Positions 49,018-61,545 of a stretch of 64,000 nucleotides of DNA are shown in pieces. Numbering within the stretch: the stretch's first letter is position 1; each line of letters starts with the position of its first letter. A program made the translations under genes and the position numbers. This DNA is from Takakia lepidozioides (lineage: Eukaryota > Plantae > Bryophyta), in NCBI GenBank assembly GCA_030704615.1, contig CM060733.1:31868001-31932000 (forward strand). Direction: 5' to 3'. The notes beneath the pieces are model-generated. The model saw only the letters and a program-made list of their open reading frames with translations. It was not told where the DNA came from and did no database searches.

Positions 49018-50490
49018 AGACGGTGACCCATTCCGAGGGAGAAGCAAGCGTCGAAGAACACTTTATTTCACATCAAACAAGCAAAGGGCACGCGCTAAGG
49101 AGAGGATGAGGAAGGCGAGACGGGAACTTAGAATGGGAGAAGAAACATCCGGCGTAGAGGAAGACGAAGGGCAAAAACAAGATTCTGCAACCGCAGTGTG
49201 GAGAGGAAGGTCTTGAAGTGATCCCGGAGGCGACCGATGAGCAACCTCCAATAGAAGGGGGGAGGACGAGGAAGTGAGCTGGGCTCGGGAGAGAAAGCAC
49301 TGCGAGTAGAGAAACAGGTCTTCAAAGAGCAGGGAGAACAAACGGACGCGGAAACGATGCCGTCTGCCCTTGTTTCGCACCATCGGGACCTCCTTGGAAG
49401 CATGCTACCTCCAGACCAAATGGAAAGATTGAATGCGTCAGGAGCATCATCAAGTGCAAAGAAGAAACCGGAGGTGGCTATGGAGGCTGATCGGGAAGCT
49501 CTGTGCGTTTGAAGTCGAAGCTAAGCATTGAGGTCGACATCAACCTTGCGTCAACGCAAGGTTGAAGTCGACCTCCTAAGTGTATATATTGGGCATCAAA
49601 ACAGTGCAGATGCTGCACTACAATCAAGCTAGACAGACATGGATGCTTGCGACGCATCATCAAGTTCGAAGAAGAAGAAGAGACGGCAATCTCCTTTTCC
49701 TGTAGCTTTTGTGTTTGTTCAACACCGATCCGAGAGCTCGCAATCAACCTTGCGTCAACGCAAGGTTGATGCCAACCTCCATGGTGTATGTTAGAACTTC
49801 TAGTGAAACGAACAGATGCCGCACAGGAATCAACATTGCGTTGACGCAAGGCTGGTTTTGATGATTTTTTTGTTCAATGGAAGCGTCCGATCTCTCATAC
49901 CCTGAACTGTAAGGTAAGGAAAGTTGATTAGTTGAAGCTCCCAAAAGAACCCTGCGTCAACGCAAAGCATTTTTTTGCTTTAAAAGTCTTTCCTGTATGC
50001 CTTTCAGTCTAAACTACATCCCCATCAATCAACCTTGCATCAAAGCAATGTTGATCCATGGGTGCTCAATCTGTCACTCACAGATAATTCATTCTGTGCA
50101 GAGGAAAAGAAAAAGGAAATCCGAGGGGGAAGATTTGGCCGCGTCAGAAGGTGAAGGTGAGGAAGACTCATCGGAGGGAAACTATGAAGACAAGGCCGAG
50201 GAGATAATTGGTGGGCAAAAAGTGAACTCGTCGAAGGTGATTATGTCGATGGAGGTTCCCGGCGGAAACCTGGTCATTCCGCTGTGCAGGATGATCTCCA
50301 TGCCCGCTGTTCGACCGGCATTGAGGAATGATATAACGAAGTTGAAGAACGACTTTGTTCACGGCTATGTCAAAGGATCAGCAGTGTTCTACGTATCCAC
50401 TATGAACACGAAAGGAGATGAGTGTCTTGTAACAGAGGACATTGAGCAAGGTTGGGATGCATGCTGGCGGGATGTAAACAAGGAGTTCGA
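49018..50490 (+). pseudogene. Divergently oriented second gene next to the MULE (acidic/NLS region, then a ParB-like N-terminal segment), truncated
   Basis: A low-complexity exon runs to 49473, followed by an intron (49474-50101). The next exon reads RKRKRK..EGEGEEDS..IPLCRMISMPAVRPALRNDITKLKNDFVHGYVKGSAVFYVS..W..CW..N.EFE and is cut off by a LINE fragment. The ParB-like call is inference. Confidence 0.5.
49530..50052. repeat. Five 22-bp palindromes AACCTTGCGTCAACGCAAGGTT within a predicted intron
   Basis: Copies at 49542, 49746, 49832, 49948 and 50031. The first extends to a ~46-bp hairpin (49530-49575). Confidence 0.85.
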
Positions 50491-50665
50491 GTTTAAGTAT
50501 CATGGGATCGCCACCATGCTTGATAAGCTCGTTGACAATACCATCAGGTCCACCACCTTTATATCCATTTAAATGTTCAATTGCTTCCACAATCTCAGAA
50601 GAACTAATGGGAGCGTTATAAGCCATTGAAATATACTCCAGTTCATCAGGGCTGTTTTGAATCAT
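50491..50665 (-). mobile_element. LINE reverse-transcriptase N-terminal fragment
   Basis: PISSSEIVEAIEHLNGYKGGGPDGIVNELIKHGG matches the K.PGPDG..E motif of non-LTR RTs. Confidence 0.7.
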
Positions 50666-52612
50666 AGGAACAATTTTTCCAACTGTGTATATGCAGTTCG
50701 GGAAGTCGGCACAGACTTGCAGTGGCTTTGCATGTACATGTCAGTAATCTGATTGTCTGGTGGATATTATAGGGCCATGTTGACAGTCCTTGTTTGTTGC
50801 AGCAAATGCAAGTGGTGGAGAGGGAACTGGACTCTCTAATGAAGGCGAAGATTTTGGCAGTGCGTCAGACGGAGGATATGAAGGGATTGCTCAGGTGGAT
50901 TGAGCATTTTATGGTGGAGTACTGGAACGAGCTTTTCCACTGCGAGATGGTGGAGGGCCCGCGGAGGAGCTGGGGTGTCCTAGAGCAGCCAGGGGGGATG
51001 CAGCCTGCACGTCGACTTGTGTACATGTATGACAATGCAAACCCTGTGTTGTATTTCAAGACGTGGTAGTTGGGAAGTCTGCACATATTTCCCAACAACA
51101 TGCTGACAATGGCAATAGTCTGTGCCGATTTCTGAATCTGAAATGCCTCACTTTTTCAGGTACATCAACTTCTACCTTCTGCCCAACAAACACATACAGG
51201 CTATTCCGGCGATGGTTTCTCAGTGGGCAGGTACACGGTCTGAGTGCACCATGATAATCTGCCGAAGAGCCAGCGGGAGCCGCGAAGTGCTCTACGGCAG
51301 ATTAGTGGCGACCAATGGATGTTGCCGTGCATAATGTGTGTTGGCAAGGAATGCGGAATGATCCAGGGTTCAAATTTCAACATCTCGTAGCACGTGAACA
51401 GCCTATAGGAATTTTCATTTAATCTATATACTTAGGCTAGACATGGGGGGAGAGTGAGCATGAGGACAACTTGCGCTCGTAGAAGCTGCTTGCGTCAGGT
51501 GAGGGGAATGCCCTGGCGATCGATTGGTTGCCAATTATCCCATATCCATTGCCCGTATCTAGCAACCTGTATAGTATATAAGGGGGTGAGCTGCAAAGAA
51601 GTGAGACGTGGGCTCAGACTGTTCTTCAGCTGCATGCACATGGTTCAATGATTAGCATGATAGCAGACCCAGCAGATTATGGCATATAATCTGACCCCCA
51701 AAAATGCCAGAATTTCGAGCCAAAGCAAATTACGTTATAATTTTTTCGCTCTATATGCATAACAATTATCTAGGGTCCACTGTAACAGCACCCTAATTCC
51801 TGGCGACAAGCCTCAGCCTGAGCAACTCGCGATCGAAGCAGGTGACAGTATCTCCTCGGGCAACCCAGCGTTCTGGCGACGGCCCCCTCCACCCCGCTCT
51901 GTCTGGCGATCTGACGGTGGAGGGTGGTGCACATGGCGAAATCTGGCTGGCCCCGGCGCGATGGGGCGCCAGCCCTTCGATTTAGGGCGCCGTGTCCCCC
52001 CCCCCTTCTCAAGCGAAAACGCAGGTCCCCGCCTCGTTTGGGCTATAAATTTAGATTTTGTTTTTGGTGCTATTTTGCTTTTTTGGGCCTAAAAAGGAGG
52101 GTGTAAGTAGCCTCTGAATTTTGTGGGGCCTCCTCCTAATGAGGCCGCCTGGTGCAGAGGGGACAGGGACCTGACAGCGGGTCCCACTGCATTAAAACGA
52201 TCCCTATTGCCCTGTTTCTTTTATATATGAAAAAAACGACATATAGTAGCATGTTTGAGGCAGCGTTTCTTTTAAGTTATTTACATTGTAGCACAATTGG
52301 CATCCATGAGAACCTTAGAGGAGCATGTCTGGCGCTTGTACAAAATGTGTAGTGGAAATGGCTGGCGATAATATGAGATTTTGAATGGGTGTTGGGCGAA
52401 TGAACCTAAGACCTAGTAGACTTGTTGAGGCGAATAACCCAGAATTGAGATAGCAAATTGGAGGGTTTAGGCATCATTGGAGACTAGGCAGAAATTATGC
52501 CAAACACCACCAAAAAAATTTAAACCACCATTCATAAGTAGAAAACCTTAAATTGGCTTATATTGCATTTCAGTCAAATCTACACTAAGTGGCATATTTG
52601 AACCCTGGCCCT

Positions 52613-53560
52613 TTGAATTGTCGGCACACGATTCAATTGAATTGCGAATTGGCAATTCAATTGAATTGTAATCTATAATTTTTAACTTATTTCTGTATAT
52701 AATATATATATATATATATAAATTATACATATATACATACACAGGTATAAGCTAAAAATACATGTTGCCTGTCTATTCTTGCTGTCCGTCTGTCAACTTT
52801 GCCCGTGGTAAGGCTTGAGCCCAAGATAAGCCTAAGGGAGAGCGAGAGAGGGAGAGAGAGAGAGAGGAAGTCACGAAGCGCTTGTAAAAGCGGGATTGTC
52901 TCTCTTTGTGGATGTTGGTGCCAATATATGGCTATGTACATATACCAAACATGATACCAATGTAAGAATATCAATGTGTAAGAGTTTGATATATTAAACT
53001 TATATAGAACACACATCCCAACTTCAACATGATACCTTTGTAAGGGTATCGAAATTTTTGATAATTCTCAAGATGAACATATTTTTTGTTTTCTTTGTCC
53101 TGGGCCAGATACTAGTGTTAGGGGACTACATAGTGATGCAAGGGAAGCCTTTCATCAATTGTCAAGTTTGATTTTGTCTGTTTTTTCCGGAGCCAGCCAT
53201 GTTTCTTTTGCCAATGAATCACAGGAAGCTCCTGATCTGTCTCCGTCTCTGGCTCTCCCTTTCTCGCTGAGGCTGAGGGTGGCTTCACAACTCCACAATT
53301 TCCTCAAGGGCACAAGAAAGAGGGCCAGCAAGAATAGACGGGCAACATGTATTTTTAGCTTATACTCTTATATGTGTATAAATATAATTTGAATATATAC
53401 ATGTACATATATATTATATATTATATACAAAAATAAGTTAAAAAATATAGATTACAATTCAATTGAATTGCCAATTCGCAATTCAATTGAATCGTGTGCC
53501 GACAATTCAATTGAATTGCAAATTAGGGTTAGTTCAATTGAATTGCGCACTTTTTAGGGG
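52613..53560. mobile_element. Non-autonomous foldback/long-TIR element
   Basis: ~170-185 bp inverted arms (52613-52784 and 53326-53510) built from TTCAATTGAA palindromes and an (AT)n tract. The right arm extends to ...GCACTTTTTAGGGG (53560). No TSD was found. Confidence 0.75.
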
Positions 53561-54444
53561 TGATCAAGTGAATTGCGATGCATTTCACATCAAGGCCTTT
53601 TTGGAATTCCCTACATATCACTACAAAGTCTATCTATACAGACAACACTATACTTACCCATATGGACAACATAGCTGGCTCCACGTCCTCCTGCGCACCC
53701 GCGCACTCAGAATGCGGCGATGTCCTGCAAGTGGTCGGTGGGATCTGGCTCCTCTGCTGTAAACTGTCTTCACTCAATATGGCGCCATGTGCCTCCCTTT
53801 GGCGGCCCCTCTAGCGAATGGTGGGCCCATTTTGGCGAAAAGTGATGATTTTTCAGCGTCATTTCCCTTTACCCCTGTCGCCAAGACCTCCGCGAGGTCG
53901 AAATCTGGCGATTATTCGCCACTAAGAGAATGGCTGGTTTGAGGTTGTGGTCTGGTGGTAGGTTGATGGTGATGTAGCGATGCAGGTCTTGGGTTCCAAA
54001 ACCAATTCGGAAGGATTAGCAGACATGCTAACAGACATCTCTTTTTTGTTTTCTGGTCTCTTTAGAGAGGAACTCGGACAGGGCTCCCTATTAATCCCTA
54101 ATGATAGGGCTCCCTATTATTCTATCCGGTAATGGCCTTCCGCACCTCGACTTCCTCGTTCTTTAGTTCTGTTTCCCCTGGGAGGTAAGATGTAGTAATG
54201 GGGTTTCAAAGCCCTAAGCAAACACCATAAGTTAATAATCCTTTCCAGCAGTGGGTCGTCGTCTCCACCAGAGTCCTTCAACACTTATACCCACACAGTT
54301 AGCTCCTTGACCGAGGTTTCTTCTCTTTTGGTTTGTAGAGGAGGTATTTGAGCTCGTCTTGGGGCCAGCCTTAATACCCCCCTTTGCAACTTAGGCCCTT
54401 ACTTGAGGGGGGGTCTCACGATGATCCATACAGACACGAGTTTT

Positions 54445-55010
54445 TGTTTTGTTTTGTTTTATTTTATTTTGTTACATAAAGAGGGGATAGATTCTCTTTG
54501 GGGAAAAAGGGGAAGGGGGGAGAGGGGATAAGGTAGTTACACCCAAATGTGAGCGTTTAAGCAGAGATGCCCAAGGGCCCTTGGTGCAGTAGGGAAAAAA
54601 ATTCTATGAGCAGGTGAGCAACCAAACAAACAGCTTGCGTTATCAATTGCATGAATTCTGGCCCAAGTGGCTAATTGATATATATTATCAAAGTGGCAAT
54701 ACACAAAACAATATCCATTTCCTGAGACATTCCAGGGTATTTTCATCAGAGAGAGTGACCCTCTTCAGGTCGATCAAGAACATTGTCCCTACACCTCTGT
54801 TCACCAACTTTACAAAATCTTGAGTCAGCCAAAAGCCCTGGCCCTGCCACAAACAGCAAGTTGATGCTTGTGAAGGGCTTTCCAAAGGATATCTGGAAAA
54901 CCCCAAGTAATTGTCTTGATCAAAGGTCAGTCACACTACTCGAGTGAGCCCCTCACAAAGGTAGTGTCTGTTCCCTTTTGCTCTGCCCAACCTGGGTGCG
55001 GGGTCTATGG
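54445..55010 (-). mobile_element. Degenerate LINE 3' end with A-rich tail
   Basis: T-rich tract at 54440-54470 (A-rich tail on the minus strand), a DILWKALH frame, and homology to 15590-15880. Confidence 0.5.
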
Positions 55011-55332
55011 CCACAAGGCTACGGCAAACAACGTCTTATGAGTGCATTCTCTAAGAGCTTTAGGTTACAAGCTTCCTCCTTCCTTTCTCACAATATTTGG
55101 TCAAAATCTGTTTGTGGAACCAAAGAGGATGGTCACAAGACGGGCCCCCAGAAATAAGCCTTCAACTAAAATGTTTTTCACAGATATTAGCCATAAGCCA
55201 CTATCTGAGGGCTCAATGGTGTCTGAAAACACTTGTATGTGACCATCACCATGGACAAACAAAATGCACCTATCCTCCATCTATGACCTTTTCATCGTCA
55301 TGTTTGAAGCGATGCACTTTCTTTGAAGAATT

Positions 55333-56590
55333 TTACCAATAATCCCAAACCCTGTCTTGGAAGTGGTGAAAGCGGTTGGCATTCCGTACAACAACTATTC
55401 GCCCAACAATCTTCGAGACCAAAAGCAATGGCCAGCTTCTCACTGTGGTGGCAAAGGGAAGTTTCCTTTTGCTCCTCCTCCACATCATGCAACACGAAAT
55501 GTGTGTCAGGCACATACCCAGCCTCCTTCATCCACCCAGACAATCTCTTCAACTCGGCATGTGTTTCTTCAATTTGTGGATGCAATTTGTCTTCTACAAT
55601 GAATGTATGCACCTGGTTGTTCACCTCAATCCAGCTGCGCCCTGGCACCTTTTTGACACCTGTCCATCATGACTTGTCTCACAATTGCTTGATCGTCCCA
55701 CCTGCCCAGCAGCACTATAGATGTTTGATAGCAGCACATAAGTGGAGGCATGCTTTGGATCCCCCTTGAGAAGACTTTTTGCCGCACGTTCTGCTAGCTC
55801 CATTTCACCATGAATTCTGCAGGCACCAAGCAACCCCACACTGAAGCATCTGGTTTGATTGGCATTTTGTTAACGAAGTCCTCTCCTCCATGCAATCGCC
55901 CTGCACGGCCAAGAAGGTCCACCATGCAGCAATAAATGCTCCACTGTAGGGGTAAGGCCATGGCTTCGACTCATGGAATCGAAGTAGTGATGGCCTTCAT
56001 CCACCAAACCTAAATGGCTACACCGAGAGAGCAGAGAAACAAAGGTGATGCCATCTGGGGAATTCTTCTTCCATTTGTTCAAACAGTTCAAGGGCCTCCC
56101 TCCCATACCCATGCTGACCATATCCTGCCATCATTGCACTCCATGAGACCATGTCTCGTTTAGACATGTTGTCAAATACCTGGCGTGCATGCTACCGCAT
56201 TTAGCGTACATGTCAACAAGGGCAGTCTCCAAATTTATACATGATATAATTCCAGCTTTGATCAGGTCAGCATGAACCTGTCTACCCCTCATACATTTCC
56301 AAAGCCTCCCTACCACACCCAAGCTTGGCGTATCCTGCGATCATCGCATTCCAAGAGACCACATTCCCTTTAGCCATATTAAACACTTGACGTGCATCCT
56401 TCATGCTTCTGCACTTGGCATACATGTCAGCAAGGCCAGTGGCTAGAATGACGTCGAGAACAACTCCGGCTTTGATGATGTCGGCATGAACCTCTTTGCC
56501 CATTTTCAGGTTCCTAGGCTGGCACACGCATTGACAACACAAATGAACGTGACCCTGCCAGGTCTCCACCCTTTGCTTTGCATGCATCAC
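55333..56590 (-). pseudogene. PLS-class PPR-E-DYW RNA editing factor pseudogene
   Basis: LADMYAKCRSMKDARQVF..NVVSWNAMIAGYA; TALVDMYAKCG; PDGITFVSLLSRCSHLGLVDEG; YVLLSNIY; PGRSWIEV..HPQ..GYVPDT..HSEKLAIAFGL; RFHHF..DYW*. It has many frameshifts, and the CxxC segment of DYW is deleted. Confidence 0.92.
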
Positions 56591-57582
56591 CTCCATTGGG
56601 GAGCCTAATTTATACAAATATCTTTGCAAGCCCATGCGACTCGGGAGCTAAATGAAATTAAGAACATCATTACTAACAAACTGACCATTTCTGTTTTACA
56701 GCTTCAATTGACTATCTTCCTGCTCAGCGACCAGCAAAATCATCGCTTGGATATCGCTTCACAATACTTTGTGGAATACAGAACAACAATGTAGATCTGA
56801 TGAAAGCAGGCTTCTGTACATCTGATGTGTGCCAATCTAGGAGGCCAAATCTTTTCTGCAAACGAGCGGGTCGCTCACGAATGTGCACCCTTCAGGAATT
56901 CCAGGAACTGTTCAACACTGATCAAGAACAGGCCACCAAGTCTGACGGTTGGAGAGGGCCACTAATGACGCAAAGCTTGTACCTTTTCTCCAAGGTCATT
57001 TAGTTCTTATCACTTGAGAGCATTGAACTTCCCAGCATTTGAAGTCGAAATCTGCAAGAGTCAAATCGTATTTGGGCATTCGAGGAGAGAGATGATCCCG
57101 AGATGATGCCTCTGATGATGCCAGTTCATGCTCAAAAAGGTCAAAACTTGTTGGACGGAATCAGGTGAATGGACACCTCATAGGCGCTTAGAACTGCCTC
57201 AGGCGCACACCCACGTACGTAACGTTGGAGCCTCCCCGTGATATAGCCGGGGAGATTCTGCGCTTGGGTCGCAGGGTAAGATTTTCGTTGCGATTGAGTC
57301 CATGATCCTGCCTTGAAAGGGAAGACAAAGCTGGTGCGATCGAGCTGGTTGATTGGACCAATCAATTGAGATAATTGCCTGTTCGTGTCTCCGTTGGACC
57401 TCCCTAGATCTATTAGTACACATAGGCATATTTTGATTCTTCAGTACGGTTGAATCTCTCTCTCCTAAGCTTAGAAGTCAACATTAACCTAATTGAGGTG
57501 TGACTTGAACTAATTGAGGGGGCTGTTGAACAGTGTGCGCAGCCAGCGACATGTTAAAAACTGCCCTCCCCTAGAATAAGTT

Positions 57583-59050
57583 ATCTCAAATCAATGTGGT
57601 AGTCCTGCAACAGACTGCTCGGGATTCAATTCTGACGGTCAGGTCTCATACGCATTTTAGCATGCTCTCAGAAACAATAAAGGGTCTGATCACAGCGACA
57701 GAACGAGAAAGAAAGCGATGCACTTGCCCTCAATAAGGGCGCTTCAAGAGATCTGTTGCAAAGCTAGTACTTCATAGTCCTTTAGAGGGATGTACACCAA
57801 TTGGGCATTCATCAATTGCAGTGATTGGGAGCCCATCAATAGTGCCCCACCCGTAACTAACCGTCCTTTGGTACAATTGAAATTCTTGTAACATCTGGAC
57901 AAGAGAGGATGCACAACAGTCCACATACTGAGAGACACACACGAGCTGTCAAAACAAAGAGCAACAGCGTCCGCGACACACGGTTTAGCTATTTGCGCTG
58001 AGAGTGTACTGAGCGCTGCCGGGAGGTAAGCTCAAGATACTATGAAGGAAAGACAGACTCCGAGTTGCTATCTATACTCTGGCAGTCGAGGGTATCAAAC
58101 CCTCCCTTGAACGGGAAATTTCTTGGAATCTGCCCGAATCAATGGCCCCATATGAAGAGAAGAAAGTGATCACAATTGACAATTTGGCACGTTCTATGGG
58201 TTAACACCAAAATGCGGAACTGAACTGCTTTTCAATTGGATAACAAAGTTCAGGTTTTTTCTTCATGAATGTGATCTTAGACAATCTTTAGTTCTCCAAT
58301 TTCACAGAGATCCATTAGCTGGCGAACACAAATTATACCAAAGGATTGCATATTTCTGCTCAAAGCTCGGAAAAACAAGACCGAGGGGATATTTGAGAGT
58401 CGGTCACTAAATCATCTGACGCAGCAGTTTGTGTGTCGATCAGGGATTGCACAAGGGTGAAAGGATCACGTGCCTGATCTCGTGCACCATGCCCGTGTGT
58501 CCTGCACCGAGAAGCTCTGCATGCAGGATCGCGTGATCATTCCTGATTCGTGGGAGATTGACACCGCCTCATTTCGACTAGTCCCAATACAGAGAATGCA
58601 CTACATTTCTTTATTTTTTTCTGAATTAAAGGGAACGGAGGCCCTGTACTCAAAAGAGAACGAGGAAAATAACCTCGCCAGGGCCATAGGCCAATACAAT
58701 CGGGGGGACAGCTGCAATGGGCAACAAGTAACAATGACGACAGGTTCACTGAAGAATCAGCCCAGTTCAGAACCTTGTCTTGAAAAACAAATCCAAGGAT
58801 CATAAATCTAAGAGAACCTGTAGAGAGCCCTACCATCTACCTAAGTCCAAGCCTAGACTACATTTCTTGATGTTGCTACTGCTACCAAATGTTGAAGAGC
58901 TGGACCTCTCTTTCTTGGACACACTGATTCTTTTGGGAAGTCTGTGATAAATTCAGGGTGAATGAGACGTTAGTTGGGGTAGGCCAGAGACGTGATCCAA
59001 GTTTGAGGAGAACAAGAGGGAGCAGAGCAGAGCCTAGCGTTATGAGGGTA
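57583..59050 (-). repeat. Inverted copy of 15817-17167
   Basis: Reverse-complement identity over many blocks, e.g. ATCTCAAATCAATGTGGT versus ACCACATTGATTTGAGAT. Confidence 0.9.
58612..58856 (-). mobile_element. Short retroposed insertion (5'-truncated LINE or SINE)
   Basis: The 12-bp TSD ACTACATTTCTT is at 58600-58611 and 58857-58868, with a T tract at the left edge. The paralogous segment near 16155 has the site once and lacks the insert. Confidence 0.8.
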
Positions 59051-59414
59051 GGGTAGGGCCAACTCGGGTATTGAATAAGCGACCAGGCTGGTATTGGCAG
59101 TTGTAATACTAGGGTTAATAGCCACCTAGTGTTGATACCTAGGCCAAATACGATCAGGTATGCTTCTAATTAAAAGGGAAGATAATAGGAATAATGTAAG
59201 AACTTAATGCAAGCGCGTCAGGACGGTCCAGCCCTGACACCCGTATCGCCGGTTCTTCGCCTCCGGCAAACATCGAAAGGCAACCGGCTGGGCTCGGTCA
59301 ATCCCTCCCCACCCCCGCCCTCATCCCATCGGCGTCATCGCCCCAGGCGCGTCGTCGCCCCTGCGTCGTCGTTCTGCGACACCAGTCCGCCGCTTCCAGC
59401 AGTCCGCCAGTTCC

Positions 59415-60250
59415 CTGTAACCCCCGCCCGGGTTCAACCATCACCCCCATGTAACCCTCTGTAACTCCCGCCGAGAGTGTAACCCACACCACCATGTAAC
59501 CCCTGTAACCCATGTAACCCTCTATAACACCGCAGAGTGTCACCCCACCCCTATGTAACCCTCACTACATGTAACCCTCTGTAACACTTTGCAACCCATG
59601 TAACCCTATGTAACCCTCTGTAACACCGCAGAGTGTAACCCTCACTCCATGTAACCCTCTGTAACCCTTGTAACCCATGTAACCTCTGTGACCCTCTGTA
59701 CCCCCTCAACCCTCACCACCATGTAACCCTCTGTAACACCGCAGAGTGTCACCCTCGCCACCATGTAACCCTCCGTAACCCTCACAAACCCTCTGTGGCT
59801 TTGTAACCTATGTAACCCTCTGTAACACCGCAGAGTGTCGCCCTCACCCCTTATGTAACCCTCTCCATGTCCTCTGTAACCCATGTAACCTCTGTGACCC
59901 TTGTAACCCTCACCATGTAACCCTGTAACACCGCAGAGTGTCACCCTCACCCGTATGTAACCCTCATTCCATGTAACCCTCTCTGACCTCTGTAACCCTC
60001 ACCACCATGTAACCCCCATGTAACCTCTGTGACCCTCTAATCCCTCCAGGTGTGTAACCCTCTGTGACACCGCAGTCACCCTCACCCATGTAACCCTCAC
60101 TCCATGTAACCCTCACCTTCCGTGGCTCTGTAACCATGTAACCTCTGTAACACCGTAGAGTGTCCCTCACCCCTTATGTAACCCTCATGTAACCCTCCCA
60201 TGTAACCCTCTGACCCTTGTAACCCTCACCACCATGTAACCCTCTGTAAC
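59415..60250. repeat. TGTAACCC-based minisatellite (~40-bp higher-order unit CCATGTAACCCTCTGTAACACCGCAGAGTGTCACCCTCAC)
   Basis: Dozens of TGTAACC(C) copies, with recurring ACACCGCAGAGTGT spacers. Confidence 0.95.
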
Positions 60251-60436
60251 ATCATACACGTATAAACTATCCGACGGCCGAATGGAGGTTTAAATAGAGG
60301 CCGAAACCCTAATTTGCTCTCTCCATCCGTTTTCAGATTCCTAGCTCGCTCGTTTTTTTTGCTTTGGGGCATCAGCTTTCAATTCCCATGGTGCCCAATC
60401 GGCTTCACACATCAATGCGAAAGATTTGTAGTTCAT

Positions 60437-60730
60437 TCAGTTCAGTATCGTCATCCCAGCAACATACAAGACAACGCTTTCCGCGCACGATCCGTCAAAT
60501 CTATTACTACGGTTTTCTCTACGATTGATACGGTTGTCTCTATTCTTTTTCTTTCTCAATGTCATTCTTGTTGTTTTGTCACCGTCCCCGATGGCTATGG
60601 TATTCCTAAGATCCGCATTAGGAAAGGGTTTTGTTTCTTTCGGTCTAGCCATGCAAGCAGCCGCTCATTTGACGGGGTGCCCATTCACTCTCCTCTCGTG
60701 TATCTTTTGTTCACACACCAGCCGGGGCAG
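60437..60730 (-). pseudogene. Degenerate inverted paralog of the zinc-finger gene at 61.5-62.1 kb
   Basis: AAACMARPKETKPFPNADLR versus TAACMARPKGTKPFPDAELK, and NRRENRSNRF versus NRGNRSSRF, with stops. Confidence 0.7.
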
Positions 60731-61545
60731 CCTACTCATCGCTATTATGGATGCAATACGTATCGAATCATGCGTGTTTTGCAAGCACTGTCAACCGGTT
60801 ACATGTCTGATGGTTTATATGACTACCTCACGTGTGTATGGTTACACACAGGGGGTTACACGGTGTTTTCTTTCTCAATACATGCTAGCTTGGTAGACGG
60901 TTTAGTAATGGAGGTTTAGATGGGGTTGACATGTTTGATGGGTTACGTGGATGTTGCGCTCGCGGAGCCACATAGGCTAGGGTTACATGGGTGGGGCATT
61001 TTGACCATGTTTACCTGGAGGTTGCATACTAATGGTTTGATATGACAGGGTTACATCGATGTTGTGTTCGGGAGTCACATAGACTAGGGGTACATGAGGT
61101 TGTGACGAAGGGTTACATCATATGTGGGTACCTGACGGAGGGTTACACTCGACGTGCCTGGCATGCGGGTAACGGCCGGTTTGTCGCGCTCACAAGTGTA
61201 GGGTTACGGGTTACACTCCGCTTCCGGGTGACACCGGGGGATTGCAACTCATACACGTGTGAGTCAGTGCGGATATAATTGATTGCAAGCCGCCAGATTT
61301 TAATGAACCGCCGTCTTTCGCTTAACCGACGTGCCTTACGGTGACATCTAGCTAGCTTCGTTCTTCGTTCTTTGATCATTGTTCAGTTTTCCCCTTCTCG
61401 CAGCCTTTCATATTCTTCCTGCACTCCTTGCTGTGCGTGCTCCCTGTTGTGCGTTCTTCGGAATTCTCTTGGTCTTGGTCTTTTCTTGTCTTGTCTTTTC
61501 TTGCTCTTGCTCTTCTCTTCTCTTCTGTCAGCTTTTTCTTTTGTC

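Noticed and set aside
51790-53936. hAT element suggested by TGGCGA clusters at 51.8-52.0 kb and 53.8-53.9 kb
   Set aside because: No paired TIRs or TSD could be identified.
59415-60250. Interstitial telomere
   Set aside because: The unit is TGTAACCC within a ~40-bp higher-order repeat, not (CCCTAAA)n or (CCCTAA)n. The resemblance to fission-yeast GGTTACA is treated as coincidental.
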